Assembly (NCBI GenBank): GCA_044376455.1
Contig: JBIPMW010000308.1
Span: 8,527 to 72,526, forward strand
Length of the DNA: 64,000 nucleotides
Direction: 5' to 3'
DNA from: Crocinitomicaceae bacterium
Lineage (GTDB): Bacteria > Bacteroidota > Bacteroidia > Flavobacteriales_D > Crocinitomicaceae
Shown: positions 18,006 to 26,757 of the stretch, one piece after another
Position numbering within the stretch: position 1 is the stretch's first letter
Layout: each line of letters begins with the position of its first letter
Made by a program: the position numbers and the translations under genes
Notes under the pieces: generated by a model
What the model was told of the DNA's origin: nothing
Database searches by the model: none
Seen by the model: the letters and a program-made list of their open reading frames with translations, nothing else

Positions 18006-18737
18006 CTAGATCAGATTTTTGTATTTATTTGCTTCCGCTCGTTCCGCTTGACATTTAGCCGTCAGTTCAGAAAAAGCTAATCCGATATTTTCGTAGTCTT
18101 GAAGTCTTTGTTCAAACAAAGCGACTCGGCTGTAAAGCTTCGCAATCTTACCCGATTGAATTTCGTTTGAGTCTTTTAAGCACAATATCTCTAGAGTAAG
18201 TTCTGCAATCTTGTCTTTTTGAAGCTCAACTAATTCTAATAACGACTCTTGAGTCTCTCTCAACCCATTGATCATTCCCACAGAGGCAAGTGTTGAGTTT
18301 AGGCAATGTTTTCTTAGCCGTTCGTTGTCTTTGGTCAGTTGGGCGACTTGACACTCAAGCTTCTCTGTTGACTGTAAAACGGAATAACTTCCAGTTTTTC
18401 GGATTGAAGGAAGAACCTCCTGTACTACCCAATCCTGAAAAGGTTCTGATTGAGGCTTACGGCTAGTAAGAACTAATCGGTAGAGTCCAGACTCTGAAAC
18501 GACTACCATTTCTCGGTTTTGACCTGACACGGTTATTAACCGGGTCAGCTTTTCGTAGCCCTTTAACCGAGAATACGCTGTAGATGAGTCCTTAACTTCT
18601 AGTACATTGCAAACATCTTTACCGATAAACCACGGATTCCCGTCAATCAGGGTCACTCGAATTTCTTGAGTGTTAAACTGAAACGGGACAATATTTACAC
18701 TATTTTGATCAAATTCCTGTAAACTAATATTAGCCAT
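18006..18737 (-). CDS. BRO-N domain antirepressor-like protein with C-terminal coiled coil
   Basis: ..VPFQFNTQEIRVTLIDGNPWFIGKDVCNVLEV.. is a BRO-N-type N-terminus. The C-terminal half is heptad-rich. Confidence 0.75.
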   Translation of the reverse strand: MANISLQEFDQNSVNIVPFQFNTQEIRVTLIDGNPWFIGKDVCNVLEVKDSSTAYSRLKGYEKLTRLITVSGQNREMVVVSESGLYRLVLTSRKPQSEPFQDWVVQEVLPSIRKTGSYSVLQSTEKLECQVAQLTKDNERLRKHCLNSTLASVGMINGLRETQESLLELVELQKDKIAELTLEILCLKDSNEIQSGKIAKLYSRVALFEQRLQDYENIGLAFSELTAKCQAERAEANKYKNLI

Positions 18738-18768
18738 GATTTACTCTAGAGTAGTAATTGTGGTCAGT

Positions 18769-18787
18769 CCCCTGTTTAGAGCAGGGG
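18769..18787 (-). promoter_or_regulatory. conserved 5' leader hairpin (CCCCTG / CAGGGG)
   Basis: Same position and flanks (TATGCCCC..GGGGACTrACCA) as the hairpin at 29347-29364, with one compensatory base-pair change. Confidence 0.55.
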
Positions 18788-18825
18788 CATATTAGTATTG
18801 TACCACTTTAAATAATCAATTATCT

Positions 18826-18851
18826 CCCAATACAGAATTTTCTGTATTGGG
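18826..18851. promoter_or_regulatory. 26-bp palindrome CCCAATACAGAA-TT-TTCTGTATTGGG upstream of BRO-like gene
   Basis: Perfect 12-bp arms. The half-site TCTCCCAATA is shared with the six promoter/operator modules. Confidence 0.5.
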
Positions 18852-18980
18852 GAATCTGGACACAGAAAAAACGAGAATTAGGGAACCTGCTAACAAAGAT
18901 AACAAACCAATAAAACTTATATATATCAATACTTTCCACTGTCAATACCCTTGCTAACAATCTGTTAACGATATTAACTA

Positions 18981-19009
18981 AAAACCCGTCAATCAATTGA
19001 CGGGTTTTT
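18981..19009 (-). terminator. intrinsic terminator
   Basis: AAAACCCGTCAAT-ca-ATTGACGGGTTTT followed by a T run on the minus strand. Confidence 0.75.
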
Positions 19010-19010
19010 A

Positions 19011-19256
19011 TTAATTGAATTTTTCGTATTCTCTTAATATTATTTGGGTTGCCTCCTCAATTTGTTTTCCTTTTGATAGTAAGTTGAGAATTTTAACTAG
19101 AACTTGCCTGACTCGTTCTTTTCCTATCCCTAATTCTTTGGTAGTTGATGCCACTTTAAAGCGATAGTTCCGATGCCGGCAAGTTACAGGCACTGGGTCA
19201 AGATTGTTGTTTCTAGCCCACACCAGATAAATGTAGGCTTGTCTAGCTGTAATCAT
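19011..19256 (-). CDS. small HTH protein resembling sigma-70 region 4
   Basis: ..TKELGIGKERVRQVLVKILNLL.. resembles the region 4.2 pattern LGVSRERVRQIE. Confidence 0.45.
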   Translation of the reverse strand: MITARQAYIYLVWARNNNLDPVPVTCRHRNYRFKVASTTKELGIGKERVRQVLVKILNLLSKGKQIEEATQIILREYEKFN

Positions 19257-19307
19257 TTTTTGTTTTCTGTAGTAGTCATGATTTGTCTCCTTATGTGTTT
19301 TGTTTTA

Positions 19308-19321
19308 CTGATAACTGATAA
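19308..19321 (-). repeat. CTGATAA heptamer repeat, 2 copies
   Basis: ctgataa ctgataa, in an intergenic position. Confidence 0.6.
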
Positions 19322-19326
19322 AAACT

Positions 19327-19932
19327 TTATTGTGGTTTTTCCCAATTTGATTCAGAAAATCCCATTTTCCAGGCCAATTCTTTAATTTTTGGCTGTACTT
19401 CGGCGTGGATGGGAGCCTTGCCTAAAATTATTCTTGTTGCAGTGTCATAATTTTTTTCAGGATCTTCATTGTATTGGAAGTAATATTCGCTGAGATGCTC
19501 GCTTGCATATTCCTGAATAATAGAATTAATATAAGCAATGGCGCGAGTGCCATTTTCTTGAATCTCTTTTACAGAAGGAAATCGGCTTAAAAGAGAGGGT
19601 GATAATTCAAAATCAGGAAAAGCAAAAGCTATCCTGGGAAGAAGATCAATTTCAATTTCCCATCTTTTCTTTTGAGGATTCCATGCAGGCTTTTTGTCAT
19701 AAAAATAGTGTGCATTTTTCAGTCGATCAACTATACCTGGATCATACTTAGGAGTGGTAAGGGAAGCTTTAATATTGCCATCCTTGAAAAAAATTAATCC
19801 GATCTGGCCTTTTGGTAATTTTGCTAGTTGCCGATCTAGCTTTCGCAAAGTTTCTGGGATCAGCGATTCGTACCATTCCCGCATTATGCGGGAAGTTTCT
19901 TCTATTTGGCTTTCAAAGTTGTAGTTTTCCAT
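19327..19932 (-). CDS. hypothetical protein
   Basis: 201-aa ORF with CGGAGA upstream. No motif recognised. Confidence 0.6.
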   Translation of the reverse strand: MENYNFESQIEETSRIMREWYESLIPETLRKLDRQLAKLPKGQIGLIFFKDGNIKASLTTPKYDPGIVDRLKNAHYFYDKKPAWNPQKKRWEIEIDLLPRIAFAFPDFELSPSLLSRFPSVKEIQENGTRAIAYINSIIQEYASEHLSEYYFQYNEDPEKNYDTATRIILGKAPIHAEVQPKIKELAWKMGFSESNWEKPQ

Positions 19933-19997
19933 GATAGGTAATCTCCGTGTGTTTTGTTTTTACTGATAACTAATTAAATGCTTTACAATAGAAAATA

Positions 19998-20582
19998 TCA
20001 ATTACTAAAATCAATACTGTTTCTATTTTCGATCCACCACTTAGCAGAAATAGGGATTTCGATTTCTTTTTTCCATGCACTTACAATCTCTTGTAAGTGT
20101 TGTAAAGCTATATTTTTTGCCCATTTCACTTGTTTTTCGCTTCCTTGAAACTCAGTAATTTCTACCCAGTTTATTGCATCTTCTAAGTCACTTTCGGAAG
20201 GAATGCCAAAAGTATAATATCCGCTTTCGTTTTTTTTAACTTCAACTGGAAGTTTATCCGATGTTTCCATATCTAGTTTTTGTTCGATTTGTAATTCTCG
20301 CCAAAAATTGGCAATAATCCAGTCAGCCATTTCTTTAAAATCTTTTTGTTCACGGCACGAATACCAGTAATCAATGTCGTTGTTTTTTTGCCACCAGTAA
20401 TAAAAAGCGTCCCAGATTTCTTGCCGCGTTTCTTCAGTAAGAAGAAGATTGATTCGAGTAAGTACCTTTCCTCGATAGGAATCAAGGGAAGCAATAGATC
20501 GGTGATTAAAGTTTTTTGAGCGATCAAAAAAGATTTCGGAATTTATGCGATCAATTATGGGATTAGTAGAAGGGAAAAACAT
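19998..20582 (-). CDS. hypothetical protein
   Basis: 194-aa ORF with AAGAGGA upstream. Confidence 0.6.
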   Translation of the reverse strand: MFFPSTNPIIDRINSEIFFDRSKNFNHRSIASLDSYRGKVLTRINLLLTEETRQEIWDAFYYWWQKNNDIDYWYSCREQKDFKEMADWIIANFWRELQIEQKLDMETSDKLPVEVKKNESGYYTFGIPSESDLEDAINWVEITEFQGSEKQVKWAKNIALQHLQEIVSAWKKEIEIPISAKWWIENRNSIDFSN

Positions 20583-20634
20583 TGATTTGTCCTCTTGTGT
20601 TTTGCTTACTTTTCTAATATAGATCGAATCTCTC

Positions 20635-20675
20635 GATAGGTGTTGGCGGAGTGTGACAGTTTATCAAGTGTCACA
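20635..20675 (-). promoter_or_regulatory. conserved 41-bp block with inverted repeat TGTGACA-N10-TGTCACA (copy 1)
   Basis: Nearly identical to 21157-21197. It lies about 40-60 nt upstream of a TATATT element and the shared GTAAGCAAAACAC leader. Confidence 0.45.
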
Positions 20676-20699
20676 ATCTATTAACTTCTAAAGATACCC

Positions 20700-20737
20700 T
20701 AAAACAATAACCCCAATGCCAGTAAAGCATTGGGGTT
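20700..20737 (-). terminator. intrinsic terminator
   Basis: AACCCCAATGC-7 nt-GCATTGGGGTT followed by ATTGTTTT on the minus strand. Confidence 0.65.
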
Positions 20738-20758
20738 AGACCGATTTTAATCTAGATT

Positions 20759-21109
20759 TTATCTGATTAATTTATCAAGGTTGTGTCCTTTTTTACGAAG
20801 CCAATCCCATGCGTCGCCAGGACAATTACACCCATCGAGCCACATCTTAATTATTAGCTTGATAAACCCGTAACCGGTGAGACTGTCAACTTTATTTTCA
20901 ATTTCAACAGACGCCCGCCCAGTGCGGATATACATAGCAATCCCGTAAAGAATGCCGTCCCACTCACACCATTGCTTACTGTCAATTACGCCATCTTTTC
21001 GCATATTTTCTAAGGTACGGCATAAATGCCGATTGACTTTTTCCCGTTTAACGCGGGTAGTCCACTCAGCGTAGTTGAGAATGTCTTTAGCGAAAGATTG
21101 AATTAACAT
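20759..21109 (-). CDS. hypothetical protein
   Basis: 116-aa ORF with no motif recognised. Confidence 0.55.
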   Translation of the reverse strand: MLIQSFAKDILNYAEWTTRVKREKVNRHLCRTLENMRKDGVIDSKQWCEWDGILYGIAMYIRTGRASVEIENKVDSLTGYGFIKLIIKMWLDGCNCPGDAWDWLRKKGHNLDKLIR

Positions 21110-21156
21110 AGGAAACCTCGGTTTTGTTTACTTTTTTATAGTAGATCGGTTTCTTT

Positions 21157-21197
21157 GATAAGTGTTGGTGGAGTGTGACAGTTTATCAAGTGTCACT
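21157..21197 (-). promoter_or_regulatory. conserved 41-bp block with inverted repeat TGTGACA-N10-TGTCAC (copy 2)
   Basis: Overlaps the stop codon of the Mom-like gene and lies upstream of 20759-21109. Confidence 0.45.
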
Positions 21198-21818
21198 ATG
21201 GGTATCTACTTTCTTAGCTTGTTTGACATCATCTTTTTTGGGGTACGGAAGGGATAAACGGCTGATTTGTTTTCTAGTTTTTTTATCTAAAGGATACAAA
21301 TATTTGTGTTTACTTGATCCTTTTACTGCTCGTGCCTCTGGATACTTTTTTACTCCTCCCATAGAAGAAAGGGTTCGTCCGTGCATTCTTTTTCCTTTTA
21401 AAATATACTCAGTCGGTTGCTTCATGCGACCTACATATATCCAGTTACCAGCTTGATAAATAACGCCTAAATGGTTTTGTGCAGTGTCCGCATAAGAAAT
21501 AATTAATTTTAAGCCAACACAATGATTTTTTAGTAAATTAATTGACTTTGAAACTATTTGAGTAACAGGTGATTGATGTTTCTTTAATGCTACTCTAACT
21601 AACTCACAGCATTCAAGACTGAGTAAACCTTACGGTTTACTCAGATTATTATTTGCGCCAAGACCAAAAACAACAGCACCGATAAACTCTTCATTTTCCC
21701 ACACACCTATTTTAACAAGTTTACTAGCCGGTATAGTTTTAGAATAATGATAGTTTTGACAAGCGTATTTTGCGGCTTCATAACTACAAAAAGCAACTTT
21801 TAATTCTACTTTATCCAT
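21186..21818 (-). pseudogene. Mom-like GNAT-fold protein interrupted by one in-frame TAA (pseudogene or recoded gene)
   Basis: The N-part ..YHYSKTIPASKLVKIGVWENEEFIGAVVFGLGANNNLSKP* and the C-part GLLSLECCELVRVAL..LIISYADTAQNHLGVIYQAGNWIYVGR.. are in the same frame. ATG 21818 overlaps the end of the ParB-like gene. Confidence 0.6.
21619..21644 (-). other. perfect 11-bp hairpin with GUAA tetraloop that contains the in-frame UAA
   Basis: The minus strand reads CTGAGTAAACC-GTAA-GGTTTACTCAG. Confidence 0.85.
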
Positions 21819-22422
21819 TAGTCCATTCATGCCCACATTTAGGACAAATAGTAGGATTTTTGACATCTAATCGAGGTTGTTCTTCTTCGCTTGGTTGAAA
21901 ATCAGGGGAATCATCATAATTTTCATCCGAAGCATTTAAAGCTTCTAGGATTGAATTTAAATCGCCGATTACTCCTAAATTTTCCCCTTTTTCATCAAGG
22001 TATTCAGCTTGATGAATTAGTAAGTCAGGGTCAAAAAGCTTTAATTCTGTAGCAAGGTCAAGCCCCGCCCCGTGAATCGTAGAATGATTGTGAATAATCG
22101 AGTATTTTGTAGCTTGAGCCTCATTTTTAGCGTGAACTCCTACTAAAATAGGAACCATCCACTCCCCATCATTGTCAATATCTATACCTCTAGGACGATC
22201 TATTTTTCGCTTTTTAATTGCTAATAGTGCGGCACACCGATCATGACCCTCAGTAATCCCCCCTTTTCCGCCGTTTAAGCTCGGATCGTAGCCAATTGGG
22301 TCTTTAAATCCCAATTCCAATATTGAAGCTATTGTGTTTTCAGTGGCGTGTTTTTTGGAATTACCCTTTAATTGTTTTAAATCGCAAAGCCGTCGATACT
22401 CAATTTCTAATTTATCTGTCAT
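21811..22422 (-). CDS. ParB-like nuclease domain protein with C-terminal zinc ribbon
   Basis: ..GFKDPIGYD....ITEGHDRCAALLA.. fits the ParB-nuclease pattern, and CPKCGH lies at the C-terminus. Start moved to MTDKLEIEY. Confidence 0.6.
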   Translation of the reverse strand: MTDKLEIEYRRLCDLKQLKGNSKKHATENTIASILELGFKDPIGYDPSLNGGKGGITEGHDRCAALLAIKKRKIDRPRGIDIDNDGEWMVPILVGVHAKNEAQATKYSIIHNHSTIHGAGLDLATELKLFDPDLLIHQAEYLDEKGENLGVIGDLNSILEALNASDENYDDSPDFQPSEEEQPRLDVKNPTICPKCGHEWTNG

Positions 22423-22463
22423 GATTGATGTAAGATTAAATAACTCTACTACTATAATAACCA

Positions 22464-23231
22464 ATGGTTATAACTAATCGAGGCAGAAAACGCACTTATT
22501 CTATCCATGAAGAGGTAATCGAGTTTACCAAGTATCCTATCTGGGAACAGCAAGAACTAGAAACCCCTGACTGGTTTGAAAGATTTCAGATTTTTTACCT
22601 TCCTATTCCGTCAGGCTATCGCACTTTAAATCGAGCCTACGGTAACTGCGGGGAAGCTTCTGGGGAACAGATAGAGAAGACTAAATTTAAACGAGCTAAG
22701 ACTGTTCCGGACGACTGGCAGTTAGCCCATAAAAACTATCGGTGGGAAGAGCGAGCGAAAGCCTATTGGCTTTTGAAGATTCAAGAACAACAAGCTTACA
22801 CTGATAGTATTTTACGAGAAGTCAGAGAAAGAACTCTAAAGATTACTTTAAAAAACCTTGAAAAAATTGAACAGATGACCAATTATCCGATTTCTCGCCG
22901 TCGGATAGATTCTGTGGACGAATCGGGACGACCAATTGCTATAACAATTGAACCTAACGGGAATTGGAGCCATAGAGACGCGGTGACTATGGCTAAAACG
23001 TTAACCGATACCTTTGAAAAAGTTTTAGGTTTTGATACGATTGAGTATGCAATTAATATCGTTCAAAAGCACGGATTAGCTGTCATTGACCCTGACGGAA
23101 AGCTTATAGGACATTCTGATACGGAGGGGCCCGATGACGGACTAACCTCGATTATTCGTAATAGTGCCGAATTTGATGATGATGATGTAATGGTTCCCAC
23201 TAGGATAAATAATGATGATGAGAGCGAGTAA
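22464..23231 (+). CDS. putative terminase small subunit
   Basis: 255-aa ORF that overlaps the terL start by 20 nt. It has a W..ERAKAYW motif and an acidic tail. Confidence 0.5.
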   Translation: MVITNRGRKRTYSIHEEVIEFTKYPIWEQQELETPDWFERFQIFYLPIPSGYRTLNRAYGNCGEASGEQIEKTKFKRAKTVPDDWQLAHKNYRWEERAKAYWLLKIQEQQAYTDSILREVRERTLKITLKNLEKIEQMTNYPISRRRIDSVDESGRPIAITIEPNGNWSHRDAVTMAKTLTDTFEKVLGFDTIEYAINIVQKHGLAVIDPDGKLIGHSDTEGPDDGLTSIIRNSAEFDDDDVMVPTRINNDDESE

Positions 23232-24864
23232 ATTATCATTAAAAAATCTATCTAAGATAAAAACAGCGACCGAAAAATATCGACTTGTTAATACCAAAGA
23301 AGAAATTGTTTTTCCTCAATTACAAGAGGGAAAACAAGCTTTATTTGGGGAAATTGATGCTGATGTAATCTTCTATGGCGGAGGCGCAGGAAGTGGCAAG
23401 AGCGCCGGGTTATTAATTGATTTTGCCCGTCAAGAATTTATTAGTAATCCTGACTATCGGGCTGTCATATTTCGTCGGACGTATCCTGAATTTACTCAAG
23501 CAGGTGGACTAATAGATGAAAGCCAAAAAATTTATCAAGCAGTGAAAGGTAATTTTATTGAAAAGCCTCCAGGGTGGCGATTTCCACTCGGATCAAAAAT
23601 ATCTTTTAGGCATTTACAATACGAAAAAACTGTCTATGTTTACCAGGGCGGACAAATTACGAGGATAGGTTTTGACGAATTAACTCACTTTACAGAAGAG
23701 CAGTTTTTTTACCTTCTTTCTAGAAACCGTTCGGTATCAGGCATTAAACCAGCCGTTAGGGCAACCTGTAACCCCGATGCTGACTCATGGGTAGCTAATT
23801 TTATCTCTTGGTGGATTGATCCTAAAACTGGGTACGCTACTGAAGAAAGAGGGGGAATAGTTCGATATTTTATTAGACGAGAAAACACAGTCCACTGGGC
23901 TGATACTAAAGAAGAATTAATTGATAAATTTAGTCTTAAAGATGAACTTTTTGACCTTATTCCTAAAGATAAAAGAGAAAAGTTTTTATCAAATATAGAT
24001 ACTAATATTACACCAGATAAGCTGATTAAAAGTTTTACTTTTATTCCTGCTACGATTTTTGATAATCCAGCTTTAATCAGGGTTAACCCTACCTATTTGG
24101 CTAACCTTTACGCTTTACATCCTATCGAACGTGAAAGACTTCTCAGAGGTAACTGGAAAGTTAAATATGAAGCTGGTACGGTATTTGATCGGACTTGGTT
24201 TGAGATTTTCGATAAAGTACCCAATGATTGGAAGTTAATAGGTAAAGTGAGATTCTGGGATTTAGCGGCAACGGCTAAAGAAAATGCCGAAAACTACCAT
24301 TGTTACACCAGTGGGACTCTTGTTTATAAATACCAAAGAATTAAGAATACACTGCCAGATTTAACTGAAATCAAGGAATTTGCTTATGTAATTGCTGACA
24401 ATATCTGTGAACAGAAAAAGGTCGGGGAAGTGGAATTAATGCTTAAAAATACTGCTGAATTAGACGGGAGAACCGTAGCTGTAAGGTGGGAACAGGAAGG
24501 GGGATCGAGTGGTAAATTTGTTGAGAATACGATCACTAATGTTATCAGAGAAAATCACCCGAACCATGATATTAAGGCGATAGCACCTCAAGGGGATAAA
24601 CTTACTAGGGCTTTACCCGTGGCAACAGCAGCTAGTCGAGGACAAATCTTTATTTTAAGAGATGGGACATGGAATACTAGGTTCCTAAATGCTTGTCAGG
24701 GCTTTGATGGTAGCAAAAAAACACCCCCGACTAATGACATCGTGGATAGTCTATCGGGGGCTTTTTATTCTCTTGAAAATGAATTTCAGGGACATGAGGA
24801 AGTTATTAGCACGATTATTGATACTGTTCCCCTCAATCGGTTTAGGGTCGGTTTTAGTCGCTAG
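23212..24864 (+). CDS. terminase large subunit
   Basis: Walker A FYGGGAGSGKS, FDELTHF (Walker B-like), and a C-terminal nuclease-like half. 550 aa. Confidence 0.85.
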   Translation: MMMRASKLSLKNLSKIKTATEKYRLVNTKEEIVFPQLQEGKQALFGEIDADVIFYGGGAGSGKSAGLLIDFARQEFISNPDYRAVIFRRTYPEFTQAGGLIDESQKIYQAVKGNFIEKPPGWRFPLGSKISFRHLQYEKTVYVYQGGQITRIGFDELTHFTEEQFFYLLSRNRSVSGIKPAVRATCNPDADSWVANFISWWIDPKTGYATEERGGIVRYFIRRENTVHWADTKEELIDKFSLKDELFDLIPKDKREKFLSNIDTNITPDKLIKSFTFIPATIFDNPALIRVNPTYLANLYALHPIERERLLRGNWKVKYEAGTVFDRTWFEIFDKVPNDWKLIGKVRFWDLAATAKENAENYHCYTSGTLVYKYQRIKNTLPDLTEIKEFAYVIADNICEQKKVGEVELMLKNTAELDGRTVAVRWEQEGGSSGKFVENTITNVIRENHPNHDIKAIAPQGDKLTRALPVATAASRGQIFILRDGTWNTRFLNACQGFDGSKKTPPTNDIVDSLSGAFYSLENEFQGHEEVISTIIDTVPLNRFRVGFSR

Positions 24865-25060
24865 TAGTCCGTCCACAATGCCAAACTATACCAGGAGTAT
24901 TGACACGTTCTATTTCGATTGGATTCTTGTTTTTACTCCCAAAATATTTGTTCCAATACCAAATAGCTTCTGTTTCTGCTTTTAATTCTGATTCTGATTC
25001 TTTTGTTGCGATAAGAAGACTAAACGATGTGACTGAATCTTTAATTAGGTACAGGCTCAT
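24854..25060 (-). CDS. hypothetical protein
   Basis: 68-aa ORF with GAGGA 5 nt upstream. Last gene of the LuxR-like/HigA-like operon. Confidence 0.4.
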   Translation of the reverse strand: MSLYLIKDSVTSFSLLIATKESESELKAETEAIWYWNKYFGSKNKNPIEIERVNTPGIVWHCGRTTSD

Positions 25061-25089
25061 AAATCCTCGTTAATAATTGTAAAAATTTC

Positions 25090-25368
25090 CTAATCGATTT
25101 GATTTGCTAGAGATTCTCGGTAAAGTCTTTCGCGCTCTATCCAAAAATGAGCAGTAGGTACGCCTAAAGCTAGTCCCATTTTGTAAGCAATACGAATAGT
25201 AATTCCTGCTTTACCTTTTATTAGTTGATTGATAGTTTTTTTATGTAACCCCATTCGATTAGCAAATTCAGCCCTAGTTATTTTTCTTTCTTTTAGGATT
25301 TCGGCAAGGGTTTCTCCTGGTGGAGAGATAAAATCTGGCATATATTTATTCTCAATAGTATTAGTCAT
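25090..25368 (-). CDS. HigA-family XRE-type HTH protein
   Basis: PGETLAEILKERKITRAEFANRMGLHKKTINQLIKGKAGIT fits the HigA antidote pattern. Confidence 0.7.
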   Translation of the reverse strand: MTNTIENKYMPDFISPPGETLAEILKERKITRAEFANRMGLHKKTINQLIKGKAGITIRIAYKMGLALGVPTAHFWIERERLYRESLANQID

Positions 25369-25382
25369 AGATTTTCGTTAAA

Positions 25383-25799
25383 CTACATATTTTTCCATAT
25401 TCCAGGCGGAATTAGACATTTTTGAACACCCCATAAAGCGCATTGTTCTTCTTCGTCATCGTCAATCATATCTTTGGCTATATCCCATCCCGTATGCTGA
25501 TAGAAAAAGAACATAAACTTAGGTTGAGTCGAAATATTAAATTTTTTTAAAATTGCCGTTGTATAATCATTTACTATTTCAGTTTTTAGTAAAAGTTTTT
25601 TAGCAATTTCTTTGTTATCAAACCCACAAAGAAAATAAAAACAGACCTTTTTCTCTAGAAGAGATAATTGATACCAGCAAAGCCAAAAATGACGATGGCT
25701 TGGAGACATACATTCTTCAATTTCTTCTTCGATTGTTTCTTCATCTTCTTCAATTTCTTCTTCGATTGTTTCTTCGATTTCTTCTATGTATTCTTCCAT
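25383..25799 (-). CDS. LuxR/GerE-type HTH protein with poly-acidic repeat N-terminus
   Basis: LSLLEKKVCFYFLCGFDNKEIAKKLLLKTEIVNDYTTAILKKF. The N-terminus (EEIEETIEEEIEEDEETIEEEIEE) is encoded by a 33-bp tandem repeat at 25715-25775. Start chosen at the ATG with AGGAG upstream. Confidence 0.5.
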   Translation of the reverse strand: MEEYIEEIEETIEEEIEEDEETIEEEIEECMSPSHRHFWLCWYQLSLLEKKVCFYFLCGFDNKEIAKKLLLKTEIVNDYTTAILKKFNISTQPKFMFFFYQHTGWDIAKDMIDDDEEEQCALWGVQKCLIPPGIWKNM

Positions 25800-25818
25800 T
25801 GTTTTACTCCTCATTTGA

Positions 25819-26316
25819 TTACCTACCAAATAAGAAAGATGCGGCGCCAAGTAAATACACCCATTCTTCTTCAAGCATTAATTCCGTTTTAGAAGGGTCG
25901 GCTATATCAAATAAACAAAAGTCAACTTCATCTATACGATCACTGTCGTAATATAACTCAATATTAGTATTTGGAAATACTGTCATGTATGCAAATTTAA
26001 ACGTGGCATTTTGGCGATTTTTGCACGTTAATATAGATGAATGATTTGGATTCTCCCACGGAATACGATCTCTAAAGCTTTGATAGGTTACTTTTAACTT
26101 CCAGTCAATAACTGAGGGAAAGTCTTCCTTAAAATGAGTTTCTTTTACCCATTTAGCGATTTCATCAACTATCCATCCCTGTTTTTTTTGGATAAAATAA
26201 TGGATTCCTTCTGAGTATTCAAAAGGATAAATTAACTTTGTTTTGTACCAGGTTATCTCGAACTCTTGCGGTGCAGAGTTAATTTTAGGGAATTGTCCTA
26301 TGTCTATCATTGTCAT
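25819..26316 (-). CDS. DUF6876-like protein, paralog A
   Basis: ..LIYPFEYSEGIHYFIQKKQGWIVDEIAKW.. is shared with paralog B. The family assignment is from memory. Confidence 0.5.
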   Translation of the reverse strand: MTMIDIGQFPKINSAPQEFEITWYKTKLIYPFEYSEGIHYFIQKKQGWIVDEIAKWVKETHFKEDFPSVIDWKLKVTYQSFRDRIPWENPNHSSILTCKNRQNATFKFAYMTVFPNTNIELYYDSDRIDEVDFCLFDIADPSKTELMLEEEWVYLLGAASFLFGR

Positions 26317-26340
26317 TGTTTTACTCCTAAGTTATTTTTA

Positions 26341-26367
26341 CTGATAACTGATAACTGATAACTGAAA
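26341..26367 (-). repeat. CTGATAA heptamer tandem repeat, 3-4 copies
   Basis: ctgataa x3 followed by ctgaaac. Confidence 0.8.
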
Positions 26368-26706
26368 CTAATACTCAGAGGATAGCAATAAAACACCGTC
26401 ACACAACCAAAGCGTGACCTCTGAAAGAGGAAAATCGGTAAATGGGATCTGCTGACTTATGGCAGATTCATTGTCTTGTTCGCAGGTAAGGACTGCGGAT
26501 TTATCGGAGTTAACTATTAGCATCCAGAACTGAATCTGGCTTGAATCAAGTTCTTTTTGCCATGACGCAATTGCATCAAGTATCCAATAGCCTCCCCCAT
26601 TTTCTACTAAGTATTTAATACCGTCGGTGTACTCAAACGGGTAAAGGGGATTAGTATAGTAATTTTCCGTGCCATGAAAATTACTAAGATTTTCTAGTTT
26701 GTTCAT
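26368..26706 (-). CDS. DUF6876-like protein, paralog B
   Basis: FHGTENYYTNPLYPFEYTDGIKYLVENGGGYWILDAIASW. Start moved to MNKLENL, because the track start reads through the heptamer repeat. Confidence 0.5.
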   Translation of the reverse strand: MNKLENLSNFHGTENYYTNPLYPFEYTDGIKYLVENGGGYWILDAIASWQKELDSSQIQFWMLIVNSDKSAVLTCEQDNESAISQQIPFTDFPLSEVTLWLCDGVLLLSSEY

Positions 26707-26733
26707 TTTTTTTACTCCTAAATAAGTTGTTAG

Positions 26734-26747
26734 CTGATAACTGATGA
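26734..26747 (-). repeat. CTGATAA heptamer repeat, 2 copies
   Basis: Part of a 45-bp block (ttttactcctaaataagttgttagctgataactga) duplicated at 27003-27045. Confidence 0.6.
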
Positions 26748-26757
26748 CCACTATCTA

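Noticed and set aside
24854-25368. This could be a HigB/HigA toxin-antitoxin pair.
   Set aside because: The HigA-like gene is clear, but neither neighbour shows RelE/HigB-like features. The gene order is also not the toxin-first HigBA arrangement. It is kept only as a low-interest observation.
26707-26751. Long N-terminal extensions appear in the ORF track here and at 27004-27081, 40987-41046, 15769-15915, 17008-17052, 25800-25874, 47059-47172 and 22423-22464.
   Set aside because: Most of these extensions read through heptamer repeats, promoter modules or the upstream gene. Most of the internal ATGs chosen instead have AGGAG-type RBSs and match paralog N-termini.
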